A stretch of DNA of 64,000 bases from an uncultured Chloroflexia bacterium (GCA_963696405.1 CAVOJY010000003.1:262156-326155), one strand, 5' to 3'; shown: positions 31,081 through 40,946, counted from the first letter of the stretch. Numbers and translations are program-made. Notes: generated by a model not told the origin, from the sequence alone.

Positions 31081-31776
31081 TCAGGGTCGGCCGAAGTAGC
31101 CGGTTCGCTCCAGCTGCTGCGCGACCTCTGCGACCTCGTCGTCGGTCAGCAGGCGCGGTGTGCCCACTTCCCGCGCCCGGCAGTAGAGCTTCGACAGCCA
31201 TTCGAGCGTGACCGTGCGGCGGTAGGCCTCTGCCAGGTCGGTGCCCCAGGTGATCGCCCCGTGGCTCCCGATAATGACCGCCGATCGCCCGGCGCCCGCG
31301 TCCACTACCGCCTCCGACAGGTCGGTGGTGCCGAAGAGCCGGTAGGGAGACACGCGAACCGGACCGCCGAGGATGGCGATCATGTAGTGGATGGCCGGGA
31401 GCTCGGAGGCGATCGTGCTGACGACCGTGGCGTAGAGCGAGTGCGTGTGGACCACGGCTCCCGCGTCGAACGCCCGGTAGACCGCCAGGTGCATCGGCGT
31501 CTCCGTGGAGGGCGCGAGGTCGCCTTCGACCGTCCGGCCTTCGAGATCGACGACGCAGACGTCCTCGGCGATCATCGCTCCGTAGTCCCGGCCCATCGGG
31601 GTGATGGCCACGAGCTCGCCGTGCCTCCGGCTGACGTTGCCGGATGTGCCGCTGACAAGGCCGTCGGTGTGCATGCGTCGCGCGATCGAGACGACCTCTT
31701 CCCGCTCCGCCAGCAGGCGGTTCATGGGGCGAACGCATTCAGGGTGGGCAGGGTTCATGGGTCGGGCAGGGTTCAT
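31081..31776 (-). CDS. Class II aldolase/adducin family protein (FucA/Ald2-like)
   Basis: GTSGNVS, PSTETPMH, HTHS, SHG; several alternative starts in an MNPARP repeat. Confidence 0.9.
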   Translation of the reverse strand: MNPARPMNPAHPECVRPMNRLLAEREEVVSIARRMHTDGLVSGTSGNVSRRHGELVAITPMGRDYGAMIAEDVCVVDLEGRTVEGDLAPSTETPMHLAVYRAFDAGAVVHTHSLYATVVSTIASELPAIHYMIAILGGPVRVSPYRLFGTTDLSEAVVDAGAGRSAVIIGSHGAITWGTDLAEAYRRTVTLEWLSKLYCRAREVGTPRLLTDDEVAEVAQQLERTGYFGRP

Positions 31777-32888
31777 CGGCTGAAGTACTCCTCGAGGTGG
31801 TCCGGCCCGAACACGCCTCGTTCGGTGACGATGCCGGTGACCAGGTCTGGCGGCGTGGCATCAAAGGCGGGGTAGTAGCCGGAAGCCTTTGGCGACGCCG
31901 TCCGGGTGCCCAGGCAGGAGAGCACCTCGTCGGGCGACCGCTCTTCGATCGGCACGTCGTCGCGGCTTCGCGCGGTCGTGTCAGGGGCCACGCAGAACGC
32001 GTAGTACGGCACCGCGTACCGGGCCGCGGCGATGGCGATCCCGAGCGTGCCGATCTTGTTGATGACGTGCCCGTCCATGGTGACGCGGTCCGCGCCGGTC
32101 ATGAACGTCGTGATGCGGCCCCGGTCCATCAGGGCGGCCGGCATGCCGTCGGTAACCACGGTGACGGGTATGCCCAGGTCCGCGACCGCGTCGGCGGTGA
32201 GGCGTGCGCCCTGCAGGTACGGGCGTGTCTCCGTGCAGACGACGTCGAGCTGTTTGCCCTGCCGGACGGCCTCGGCGAGGGTGTAGACGAGCCCGTTCTC
32301 CGCCCAGCAGTGGGTGAGGACGTGGTCGCCGTCCCGGAGCACGCCGGCCCCGTGGCGGCCGATCGACCGGTAGCGAGCGTGCTCTTCTGCCCAGCGCTGC
32401 TCGATCGCCGCGAGCAGCGCGCCCTCGGCCTCGCCGGTGTCCGGCACCCCTGCGCCGGCACGCACCATGTACTCCACGGTCAGGAGGATGTCGCTGTTCG
32501 TCGGGCGGGTCGCGATGAGCCGCTGCGCTGCATGCGCGAGTGCCTCGCCGAGCGGCTCCGCCGACCGGTGGGCCGCACGAGCGGCCTGGACCATGGCATA
32601 GCCGGCGCAGAGGCCCGGCCCCAGGCTCTGGGTAACCATCGACTCGATGGCGCGTGCGACGTCCTCGTAGGTTGGGCACTCGACCCAGGCGATCTCGAAC
32701 GGGTAGCGCCGACGGTCCAGGATGGAGACCACGCCGTCGTCGTACCGGGCCACGTTGCGAAGCAGGAACGTCGGGATCTCGGGCCGCTCGGGCACCCCCG
32801 GCTGCTCGGCCGGCCCCCGCTGCCCGGGCGCAGCGCGCTGCCCGGGTATTGCCGCCGGTGATGTCGGCCGCGGGTCTTCCATGGGCAT
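31773..32888 (-). CDS. mtnA: Methylthioribose-1-phosphate isomerase-like protein (divergent)
   Basis: RPT, THC, ETRPYLQGARLT, GADRV, NKIGT, PAFDATP. Confidence 0.82.
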   Translation of the reverse strand: MPMEDPRPTSPAAIPGQRAAPGQRGPAEQPGVPERPEIPTFLLRNVARYDDGVVSILDRRRYPFEIAWVECPTYEDVARAIESMVTQSLGPGLCAGYAMVQAARAAHRSAEPLGEALAHAAQRLIATRPTNSDILLTVEYMVRAGAGVPDTGEAEGALLAAIEQRWAEEHARYRSIGRHGAGVLRDGDHVLTHCWAENGLVYTLAEAVRQGKQLDVVCTETRPYLQGARLTADAVADLGIPVTVVTDGMPAALMDRGRITTFMTGADRVTMDGHVINKIGTLGIAIAAARYAVPYYAFCVAPDTTARSRDDVPIEERSPDEVLSCLGTRTASPKASGYYPAFDATPPDLVTGIVTERGVFGPDHLEEYFSR

Positions 32889-33182
32889 GCATGTTACGGG
32901 CCCGGTGGCGACGGCCGAGCAGCGAGCAGGTGGCCGCCGCGTGCTAAGGACGCGCGCAGTCCGCCGACGCTGGATGCCCGAGATCTGCCGCCGGGGTTCC
33001 AGGACCCTGGTCTGCGCGGGACCCGTGCCTCACGAGGTCGGCGCGACTGGCCAATTGGCCGACGCCGCAGGCTGCGGACCTCGCCACCCACGCCGAGCCC
33101 ATCGCCAACCGCGCCGCGGTCGGGCTGGATGAGTCCGATAGACCCGCGACGAGGGCAGCGCCGGAGCCGTACCATCGGGGCC

Positions 33183-34151
33183 ATGAACGTGCGTGTCGAG
33201 GACGCCCGCGCCCGCGCCGCCGCGGAACGCGTGCGCCAGGGGCTTCCCGGGTTGGCCGAGGCCGAGCTCGGGGTGATCGGCGGCTCAGGCCTGTATGAGA
33301 TGGAGGGACTGACCGACGTCGTCGAGATCCGTCCGAGGACCCCGTTCGGCGAGCCCTCCGATGCGATCCTCGTCGGACGTCTCGGCGGCATCCGGATCGC
33401 CTTCCTGCCACGGCATGGTCGAGGTCATCGCCTGACACCATCCGAGGTGCCATACCGTGCCAACGTGTACGCGCTCAAGCTGCTCGGAGTCGGGCGGCTG
33501 GTCGCAGTCTCCGCCTGCGGCTCGATGCGCGAGGAGATCCGGCCGCGCGACGTCGTGGTCCCGGACCAGTTCGTGGACCGGACCAAGGACCGCCCCGCCA
33601 CGTTCTTCGGCGGCGGGATCGTGGCCCACGTGGCGTTCGCGGACCCCGTATGCCCGGTGCTGTCGGCACGGCTCGCCGACGAGGCAGCCCTGGTCTTCGC
33701 GGACATGGACCGCGCGGTTGCCGGGACCCCGGACGCACGTCGTGTCCACCGGGGCGGGAGCTACGTGGCCATGGAGGGGCCGCAGTTCTCGACGCGGGCC
33801 GAGTCCCACATCTACCGGGGCTGGGGCGTCAGTGTGATCGGGATGACTGGCCTACCCGAGGCGAAGCTCGCCCGCGAGGCCGAGCTGTGCTACGGCATGC
33901 TCGCCTATGCGACCGACTACGACTGCTGGCACGAGGACGAGGAAGCGGTCACCGTGACGCAGGTGGTGGCCAACCTCTCGGCGAACGTGGCATCTGCGAA
34001 GGCCATCCTGCGCCGGCTCGCCGAGGCGCCGCTGCCCAGTTCTCGGGAAGACTGCGGATGCGGCTCCGCTCTTGCGGGGGCGATCCAGACGAGCCCGGAC
34101 GCGATCGACCGCGACCGGGCTCGCGAGCTGCGCCTGCTGGTCGCCGACTGA
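33183..34151 (+). CDS. mtnP: S-methyl-5'-thioadenosine phosphorylase
   Basis: IGGSG, RHG, EGPQFSTRAES, GMT, TDYDCWH. Confidence 0.93.
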   Translation: MNVRVEDARARAAAERVRQGLPGLAEAELGVIGGSGLYEMEGLTDVVEIRPRTPFGEPSDAILVGRLGGIRIAFLPRHGRGHRLTPSEVPYRANVYALKLLGVGRLVAVSACGSMREEIRPRDVVVPDQFVDRTKDRPATFFGGGIVAHVAFADPVCPVLSARLADEAALVFADMDRAVAGTPDARRVHRGGSYVAMEGPQFSTRAESHIYRGWGVSVIGMTGLPEAKLAREAELCYGMLAYATDYDCWHEDEEAVTVTQVVANLSANVASAKAILRRLAEAPLPSSREDCGCGSALAGAIQTSPDAIDRDRARELRLLVAD

Positions 34152-34328
34152 CCGGGACCCGACGTTCCCCTCCTGCTCGCATTCGTCGGGTTGCGGTTCC
34201 AGCGTGTCGCCAGGTCCGATCTTCTGTACGGTGTAGGTGATGAGGCGCGCCTCGTCGTCGATCGCTTGCTGTCGATGTCGTACGATGAGCCGCTGCAAAC
34301 CCACTGAAGCGAGGGACGACCGACCGCC

Positions 34329-34643
34329 GTGCGCAAACGAAAAGTGACCTACCCCGTGGCCCGCACCGCCAACAGGCCCGCCCGGCCGACCGGCGTGGAG
34401 CCCGGCTCCGCCCCCGTCCGACCGACCGTCGTCACGATCGACCAGACCGCCCTCACGGGAGGTGGGGTCTTTGCGATCGGGGATCGCGTCCTGATTGCCG
34501 GTACCGGGCTGTACGCGGGTGAAACGGCCGTGGTCCAGACGGTGGCGAGCGGCGTGATCCCCGCTGCGGTCGTCCGCACCGAGGCTGGCCGAACGCGCCG
34601 CGTCCGCACGGTCGACCTCCGGCGCGTCACCGACGAGGGCTGA
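34329..34643 (+). CDS. Hypothetical protein with a KOW/SH3-like C-terminus
   Basis: IGDRVLIAGTGLYAGETAVV. Confidence 0.6.
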   Translation: MRKRKVTYPVARTANRPARPTGVEPGSAPVRPTVVTIDQTALTGGGVFAIGDRVLIAGTGLYAGETAVVQTVASGVIPAAVVRTEAGRTRRVRTVDLRRVTDEG

Positions 34644-34780
34644 GCAGCAGCCTCGCCGCGGCGCGACCCGACCGCCTGGGCTTGACTGGACGGCGCCCAG
34701 GCCCCATGGTTGTCGGGCAGTCGCCGGCGCCGAGCCACTCCCTGCTGTCTCGAAGCGCGCGACAGATCGGATCATCTCCC

Positions 34781-35065
34781 ATGGCTCGCACCCCGTTCCC
34801 GGCGCCCGAAGCGCTCATCGTCGTGAGCACCGACGGCTACTTCGACGTCTTCCCGCCCGTTGGCCGGTCGGCCACCGAGAAGCCGGCCTATCGAGGCGTC
34901 CTCGCCGAACTCGGCCGTGACGTGACCGAAGGCGGCAGGCTCACCGTCCGTCCCGACTCCAGGAGACTCGCCGCGGCCGTGACCGCGTGGTCGGCCGCCA
35001 ATGGCACGGCGGCTCTGCGGGGCGATCTCGGTCGCGGACGGGACGGCCGCCAGGGCGCCGCCTGA
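34781..35065 (+). CDS. Hypothetical protein
   Basis: ORF with coding-like composition only. Confidence 0.45.
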   Translation: MARTPFPAPEALIVVSTDGYFDVFPPVGRSATEKPAYRGVLAELGRDVTEGGRLTVRPDSRRLAAAVTAWSAANGTAALRGDLGRGRDGRQGAA

Positions 35066-35102
35066 CCGGTCACGGGCACGCCACCCACAGGAGAGCGTCA
35101 AG

Positions 35103-35459
35103 ATGAGTGGCAAACCCATCCCCGCGGAATCCCCGACGACCAAGGCCTCGACGACAAAGGCTCCGACGACCAAGGCTCCGACGACCAAGGCTCCGACGAC
35201 CGCTGCGCCGACGACTCCCTCGTCGCGAACCCGCCGGTTCAAGCGGCGCGAAGTGGGCCTTGCAGGCGGTGGCAAGCTCGTCCTGGCGACCACCGGCTCG
35301 ATCGACCGAATCGATGACGACGGCAAGACGGCGCAGACCTGGGCAGTTGACGACCCGGATTGGCCGCGCTGGGCGATCCACTTCGGGCTTCACGACCAGG
35401 ACGCCACGATCGCGCCCACGGGTCGACGTGTCGCGGGGCAGAAGCCGCCGCGCTGGTAG
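35103..35459 (+). CDS. Hypothetical protein with an N-terminal (PTTKA)n repeat
   Basis: AGGAG RBS; repeat followed by a globular C-terminal part. Confidence 0.6.
   Translation: MSGKPIPAESPTTKASTTKAPTTKAPTTKAPTTAAPTTPSSRTRRFKRREVGLAGGGKLVLATTGSIDRIDDDGKTAQTWAVDDPDWPRWAIHFGLHDQDATIAPTGRRVAGQKPPRW
35133..35216 (+). repeat. 15-bp tandem repeat, about 5.5 copies
   Basis: Unit CCGACGACCAAGGCT. Confidence 0.85.
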
Positions 35460-35495
35460 GCCGAGCTGGCAGACCGCGCTCCCAGGGAGAACCAC

Positions 35496-35978
35496 GTGCG
35501 ACGGACTCTCGGCATCCTCGGACTGCTCGCCGTTGCGGGCCTCTTTGTTCCGCCCCTCGCGGCTCTCGTCGCGAAGGCGCGGCTGCAGGGGCGGGCCGGC
35601 GGGCCGTTCGACGAGACTGCCGACGAGATCGACCTCGCGGTGATCTTCGACGGCGTGGAGGCAAGCAGCCGCGCGGCGTCGTTCCGGGGCGGGAGCATTC
35701 TCTGCTGGTACGGCGGCGGCAACCTCGACCTGCGGGAGGCGACGCTCGATCCGTCCGGTGGGCGCCTTCGTCTCCGCTCGATCTTCGGCGGGATGCGCGT
35801 GCTCGTACCCCCGACGTGGAGAGTCGAAGTACACTCGGTGGGGGTCTTCGGCGGGGTCGGCAACGATACGGACGCGTCGACGGCCGATCCGGCAGGTCCG
35901 GCGCTCGTGATTGACGCCATCGCGGCGTTCGGCGGCGCCATGGTCACCAGCAGGGTCCAGGATACCGACGAGGATTGA
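35496..35978 (+). CDS. LiaF-like membrane-anchored protein
   Basis: N-terminal TM helix; FRGGS..GG..LDLREA..FGGM..VP. Confidence 0.75.
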   Translation: MRRTLGILGLLAVAGLFVPPLAALVAKARLQGRAGGPFDETADEIDLAVIFDGVEASSRAASFRGGSILCWYGGGNLDLREATLDPSGGRLRLRSIFGGMRVLVPPTWRVEVHSVGVFGGVGNDTDASTADPAGPALVIDAIAAFGGAMVTSRVQDTDED

Positions 35979-36015
35979 CCCGGCCGACCTTGTCCGCCGG
36001 GCGGGGAGGGTGCGA

Positions 36016-37026
36016 GTGAGAGAGCCAGCGAGCATCGTCGTCCTTGTCACGGGCGCCGCCGCCGCGAGCGTGCCGGACGCTCTGGCGGCGATGGCCGGCG
36101 ATGGGGTGGACCTTCGGTTCGCCCCGGGCGAGGCGGAGCTCCGCCGGGCGCTTCCGGAGGCCGAGGTCGTCCTTGCCTGGGACAACGGCAGTCCCTCGCT
36201 CGTGGACGCCTGGCCGCTGGCGAGCCGGGTGCGCTGGGTGCAGGGCGTGGGCGCCGGCATCGACCGGCTCGTCTTCCCCGGGCTCGTCGAGTCGGACGTG
36301 GTCCTCACGAACGCCCACGGCATGTTTGACCGGACCATAGGGGAGTACGCGCTCGCGGTCATCCTCTACTTCGCAAAGGAGCTGGCGGCGACGGTCGAGC
36401 TGCAGCGGCGCCACGAGTGGCGCTACCGACCGCTTGCGCGCGTGGAGGGGACGCGGCTCGTGGTCGTGGGCGCCGGCCCGATCGGCCGGGCCATTGCGCG
36501 GATGGCGCGCTCCATGGCGATGGGTGTGACGGTCGTCGGGCGCAGCGCGCGGGACGACGACGAGTTCGGGCGGATCGAGGCCTCGGAGCACCTTCCCTCG
36601 CTGCTGAGCGACGCCGACTACGTCGTGGCTGCCCTCCCGCTGGCCCAGGGCACAAGCGGCCTCATCGGCGCCCGCGAGTTCGCGGCCATGAGACCCGGCG
36701 CGGTCTTCCTCAACCTCGGCCGCGGTCCGGTCGTGGACGAGGCGGCGCTCATCGACGCGCTCCGGGAGGGTCGGCTTGCCGGCGCCGGTCTCGACGTGTT
36801 CGAGCAGGAGCCGCTCCCGCCGGACAGCCCGCTGTGGGACATGCCGAACGTGCTCGTTTCGTCGCACATCGCGGGCGACTACCCCGGGTTCGAGGACGAG
36901 CTGGTCGGGCTCTTCGCCGAGAACCTGCGGCGGTACCGGGCAGGGAGGGCTCTGCTCAACGTGGTGGACAAGCGCCTTGGGTACGTGGTCGATCATCGGC
37001 TTGCGGATGGACCTGACAGTCGGTAG
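36016..37026 (+). CDS. D-2-hydroxyacid dehydrogenase
   Basis: GAGPIG, NLGRG, DVFEQEPLP, SHIAG. Confidence 0.92.
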   Translation: MREPASIVVLVTGAAAASVPDALAAMAGDGVDLRFAPGEAELRRALPEAEVVLAWDNGSPSLVDAWPLASRVRWVQGVGAGIDRLVFPGLVESDVVLTNAHGMFDRTIGEYALAVILYFAKELAATVELQRRHEWRYRPLARVEGTRLVVVGAGPIGRAIARMARSMAMGVTVVGRSARDDDEFGRIEASEHLPSLLSDADYVVAALPLAQGTSGLIGAREFAAMRPGAVFLNLGRGPVVDEAALIDALREGRLAGAGLDVFEQEPLPPDSPLWDMPNVLVSSHIAGDYPGFEDELVGLFAENLRRYRAGRALLNVVDKRLGYVVDHRLADGPDSR

Positions 37027-37070
37027 GCTTCGCGCGCCCGGCGTGGGGTCGGGATGGGAAGGAGGGCACC

Positions 37071-37799
37071 GTGTCAGAGATCGCTCAGAATCTGCTGCCG
37101 AACGAGGAGGTGCGATTCGAGTCGCATAAGCACTGGATGGCACCCGCCCGGGATTCACTGTGGGCCGCGCTCATGATCATCGGGGCCATCCTGCTCGGCT
37201 GGGTCTCGCCGAACCAGGAGGGCGGCCTGTTCGGGGCGGTCGGCCGCATCCTCGACCTCATCCGCGTGGGCCTCTTCGTCTTCGGCGTCGGCTGGATCAT
37301 CTACAACGTCGTCGTGTGGCGGACTGCCCAGTTCGCCGTCACCAGCATGCGGGTCCTGCGGTACGAAGGCCTGGTCCAGCGCCGGACCTCGGAAACCCTC
37401 CTGACCAAGGTCACCGACACGCGCCTGAGCGTCCCCCTCGTGGGCAAGGCGCTCGGCTACGGTGATGTCAAGATCATGACCGGGTCCGGAGAGGCCGGCG
37501 CGGACAGCTTCAACACCATCACCAGGCCCGTCGAGTTCCGGAACGCTGCGATGGTCGAAATGACACGCGACCGGACGGTCCCGCCAGGTGCCGCGGGCGG
37601 TCACGCCGCCGGCGGGCCCTCCGCCGGTCCGGCCGCTGCCACGGCTGCGGTGGCCGCGGCGCCGGGAGCTGCCCAGGCCCCCGCCGGGACGGCCGAGCTG
37701 GCGGACACGCTTACTCGCCTCGCCGACCTCCGGGACAAGGGCGCCATCACCCCGGAGGAGTACGAGGCCAAGAAGGCCGAGATCCTCTCGCGCATGTAG
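37071..37799 (+). CDS. Membrane protein with bacterial PH and SHOCT domains
   Basis: Two TM helices, PH-like region, C-terminal LADLRDKGAITPEEYEAKK. Confidence 0.85.
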   Translation: MSEIAQNLLPNEEVRFESHKHWMAPARDSLWAALMIIGAILLGWVSPNQEGGLFGAVGRILDLIRVGLFVFGVGWIIYNVVVWRTAQFAVTSMRVLRYEGLVQRRTSETLLTKVTDTRLSVPLVGKALGYGDVKIMTGSGEAGADSFNTITRPVEFRNAAMVEMTRDRTVPPGAAGGHAAGGPSAGPAAATAAVAAAPGAAQAPAGTAELADTLTRLADLRDKGAITPEEYEAKKAEILSRM

Positions 37800-37808
37800 G
37801 AGGTAGCC

Positions 37809-37979
37809 ATGCTTGCTGTCATCGTCACCGCGATCGCCACCTGGGTGATGATCCTGATCATGGACGTGGTCCCCATCGGGAGCTGGCTCCTGGAAGGGAC
37901 GCTTGCCGTGGCCATCGGTGCGCTCATCGGCCTGTCGGTGCCGTGGTACCTGGCACGGCAGCGGCGCAACCGCCGCTGA
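37809..37979 (+). CDS. Small two-TM membrane protein (56 aa, below the ORF-track cutoff)
   Basis: AGGAGG RBS; MLAVIVTAIATWVMILIMDVVPIGSWLLEGTLAVAIGALIGLSVPWYLARQRRNRR. Confidence 0.65.
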   Translation: MLAVIVTAIATWVMILIMDVVPIGSWLLEGTLAVAIGALIGLSVPWYLARQRRNRR

Positions 37980-38028
37980 CGCCTCGCCGGCCATCGGGCG
38001 ATACTTGGGCCGAGCAGGAGGCGGCCCC

Positions 38029-39165
38029 GTGACGACAACGGCGACGAAGGACGACATCCGTCGGTTTCGCACGAACCTGCAGGGCGAACTCGACGGGATC
38101 GCTGTCTACCGCGCCATGGGCGAGGCCGAGAGGAATCCGCCGCTCAAGGTGCTCTACGGCAAGCTCGCCGACAACGAGGTCAAGCACGCCGCCGTCTGGG
38201 AGCAGAAGCTCCGCGACGCGGGCGTTGACCCGTCCCGGATCACTCCATCTTGGCGCGCGCGGGTGCTCTCGTGGGCGGCAGGTCGATTCGGCGCCTCATT
38301 CGTGGCGCCGACGATGGCCGGGAACGAGCGCGCAGCCCGAACGATGTACGACGACCAGCCTGAGGCGGGTGGCACCACGTTGCCGGGCGACGAGCGATCG
38401 CACGCCCGGCTGCTCCGCGAGCTGGCCGGCTCGGGCGGGCTCGAGGGCGGGACCCTGGCCGTGATCGAGGGACGGCACCGCTCGACCGGCGGGAACGCCC
38501 TCCGGGCGGCCGTCCTTGGCGCGAGCGACGGCGTCCTCTCGAACACCAGCCTCATCATGGGCGTGGCCGGGGCCACCACGTCCGGCGGTCCGGTCATCAT
38601 CGCCGGGCTCGCCGGGCTCATCGCCGGGTCGTTCTCCATGGCGCTCGGTGAGTGGCTCTCGGTCCAGAGCGCCCGCGAACTGTTCGCCCACCAGATCGCG
38701 GTCGAGAGCGAGGAGCTCGAGCTTGTGCCCCAGGAGGAAGAGGAAGAGCTCGCCCTGATCTACCAGTCGAAAGGCATACCCGAGGCTCGCGCGAGGGAAC
38801 TGGCGCACCACATCATCGGCGGCGACCGGGTCACCGCGCTCGACACGCTCGCGCGCGAGGAACTGGGGATTGATCCCCAGGAGCTGGGCGGGTCCGCGTA
38901 CGTCGCTGCCGGCACCTCCTTCCTTCTCTTCGCCGGGGGTGCCGTGGTGCCGCTCGTCCCGTTCCTCTTCCTGACCGGACCGATGGCCATCGTGGTCTCG
39001 CTGATCGCCGCCGGGATCGCCCTCTTCGTCGTGGGTGCGGCGATCACCATCGTGACCGGACAGAGCGCCATCAAGTCGGGGCTCCGCCAGGTGCTCTTCG
39101 GCCTCATCGCTGCCGCGATCACGTTCGCCATCGGGCGCCTGCTTGGGACCACGATCGCCGGCTGA
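38029..39165 (+). CDS. Erythrin-VIT1/CCC1 fusion (MbfA-like iron exporter)
   Basis: N-terminal ExxH motifs (EVKH, ERSH); VLGASDG and SMALGEW of VIT1. Confidence 0.88.
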   Translation: MTTTATKDDIRRFRTNLQGELDGIAVYRAMGEAERNPPLKVLYGKLADNEVKHAAVWEQKLRDAGVDPSRITPSWRARVLSWAAGRFGASFVAPTMAGNERAARTMYDDQPEAGGTTLPGDERSHARLLRELAGSGGLEGGTLAVIEGRHRSTGGNALRAAVLGASDGVLSNTSLIMGVAGATTSGGPVIIAGLAGLIAGSFSMALGEWLSVQSARELFAHQIAVESEELELVPQEEEEELALIYQSKGIPEARARELAHHIIGGDRVTALDTLAREELGIDPQELGGSAYVAAGTSFLLFAGGAVVPLVPFLFLTGPMAIVVSLIAAGIALFVVGAAITIVTGQSAIKSGLRQVLFGLIAAAITFAIGRLLGTTIAG

Positions 39166-39294
39166 CAGGGGACCAAAGTACGGCTTGCTTGGACGCCCTC
39201 GGGTCAGCAGCATTCACCACGCAAACACGGCGGACCGCACATGTCCGCACCGTGTCCACGCAGTCAGAGCCGAAGAGCGTGAGGGTGGCGATCG

Positions 39295-39489
39295 ATGACC
39301 GCGATGGCGGTGAAGGACCTGGGACCGATGCTCACGGCCAGTGAGGTGGCGCGCCTGCTTCACCTGCATCCGAACACGGTGAAGCGGCTGGGCGACCGCG
39401 GCGAGCTTCCGTTCTACCGGGTCTGCCGCCGCGGCGACCGCCGGTTCCGGGTACAGGACGTCGAGGACTTCCTCACCAGGAACCGCTGA
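39295..39489 (+). CDS. Small excisionase/BldC-like HTH protein
   Basis: LTASEVARLL..TVKR..G.L..RRF..DV. Confidence 0.85.
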   Translation: MTAMAVKDLGPMLTASEVARLLHLHPNTVKRLGDRGELPFYRVCRRGDRRFRVQDVEDFLTRNR

Positions 39490-39641
39490 GCGAGGGCGGG
39501 ACCTGCCCCGGCCGGGAGTCGGGGCACGAGATCGAAATCAAGCGGCCGTAGCAGCACCGGCCGCGAACCTTGACGGCGCCGGGGGATCGGGGCCCCTGGC
39601 GCCGTTTGCGTGCCCGACTCGGCCGTGCGAAACAGCGGCCG

Positions 39642-40946
39642 TCAGGGCGCTTGCGCGACCCGGTCCGCTTCGAGCGCGGCGCCGAAGATGCGGAGCGCCT
39701 CGCGGACCTCATCGGCCGTGACGTTGATCGGCGGCATCCAGCGCATGATGTTGTGGTCGGTGCCGCACAGGAGCACGAGGAGGCCCCCGTCCGCCATCGC
39801 CTGCAGGAGCCGGCCTGCGCGCTCGCCGTCGGGCACCCTGGTGGCGCGGTCCTTCACGAACTCCACGCCGATCATGAGCCCGGGGCCCCGGACGTCGCCG
39901 ATCCCCGGATCGTCCTCCGCGAGGCGCTCGATCCCGGCCCGCAGCTCGGCCCCGCGCGACGCCGCGTTCTCCACGAGGCCCTCGTCGCGGATCGTGCGGA
40001 GCACGGCGCGCGCCGCCTCGCAGGCCACCGGGTTGCCGCCGAACGTCGTGCCGTGGGCGCCGGCACCCCAGCGATCCTGCAGCTCTCGGCTCGTCACGAG
40101 GAGGCCGAGCGGCAGGCCGTTGGCGATGCCCTTGGCGATGCACACCATGTCCGGGACGATGCCCGCGTGCTCGAACGCCCACATCCGGCCGGTCCGGGCC
40201 ATCCCGGCCTGGATCTCGTCGTCCACGAGCAGGATCCCGTGCTCATCGCAGATGCGGCGCAGCTCCCGGAGGAACGCTACGGGTGCCGGGCGATAGCCGC
40301 CCTCGCCCTGGACCGGCTCGACCACCATGGCCGCGACTCGGTCCGGGGATACCTGCCACCGGAAGAGCTCGTTCAGCCCCGCCAGTGCGTCGGCGGTCGC
40401 CTTCTCCTCGCCGCCCCCGCGGTAGACGTCCGGGAACGGGGCGAGGTAGACGCCCGGCAGCACGGGCTCGTACCCCACCCGGTAGTTGGGGTTGGAGCTG
40501 GTCAGCGCGACCGCGGCCATGGTCCGGCCGTGGAACCCGCCGGTGAAACCGATCATCGCGGGACGTCCGGAGACCCGGCGGGCGAGCTTGACCGCCGCCT
40601 CGATGACCTCCGAGCCCGAGTTCTGGAAGAACACCGTGTCGAGGGGCTCCGGCATGGTGGCCGCGATCTCGGCCGCCAGCCCGGACATCGGCGCGGCGTA
40701 GCCGAGGGCGTTGCAGAGGTGGACGATCCGGTCGGCCTGCTCGCAGATCGCGCGCGTCACGGCGGGGTGCCGGTGCCCGAGGATGGTCGTCGCGATCCCG
40801 GTGGCGAAATCGAGGTACGGGACGCCGTCCGCGTCGTAGAGGTAGTGGCCGTCGCCGCGGACCCACTCCCGTTCGAAGTACCGGACGAGGATCGGCGACA
40901 TGTGCCGGCGCGCGAGGTCGGCGGCGTCGAACGTGACTTCGGGCAT
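39642..40946 (-). CDS. Class III aminotransferase (GABA-aminotransferase-like)
   Basis: NSGSE, FHGRT, EPVQGEGG, DEIQAG, AKG, HGTTFGGNP. Confidence 0.92.
   Translation of the reverse strand: MPEVTFDAADLARRHMSPILVRYFEREWVRGDGHYLYDADGVPYLDFATGIATTILGHRHPAVTRAICEQADRIVHLCNALGYAAPMSGLAAEIAATMPEPLDTVFFQNSGSEVIEAAVKLARRVSGRPAMIGFTGGFHGRTMAAVALTSSNPNYRVGYEPVLPGVYLAPFPDVYRGGGEEKATADALAGLNELFRWQVSPDRVAAMVVEPVQGEGGYRPAPVAFLRELRRICDEHGILLVDDEIQAGMARTGRMWAFEHAGIVPDMVCIAKGIANGLPLGLLVTSRELQDRWGAGAHGTTFGGNPVACEAARAVLRTIRDEGLVENAASRGAELRAGIERLAEDDPGIGDVRGPGLMIGVEFVKDRATRVPDGERAGRLLQAMADGGLLVLLCGTDHNIMRWMPPINVTADEVREALRIFGAALEADRVAQAP

Noticed and set aside
32890-33180. SAM/SAH riboswitch between mtnA and mtnP
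   Set aside because: No recognisable consensus; both genes look leaderless. Only a GGCCAATTGGCC palindrome was noted.
35133-35216. Possible CRISPR array
   Set aside because: In-frame tandem repeat with no spacers and no cas genes; no CRISPR array was seen in the window.
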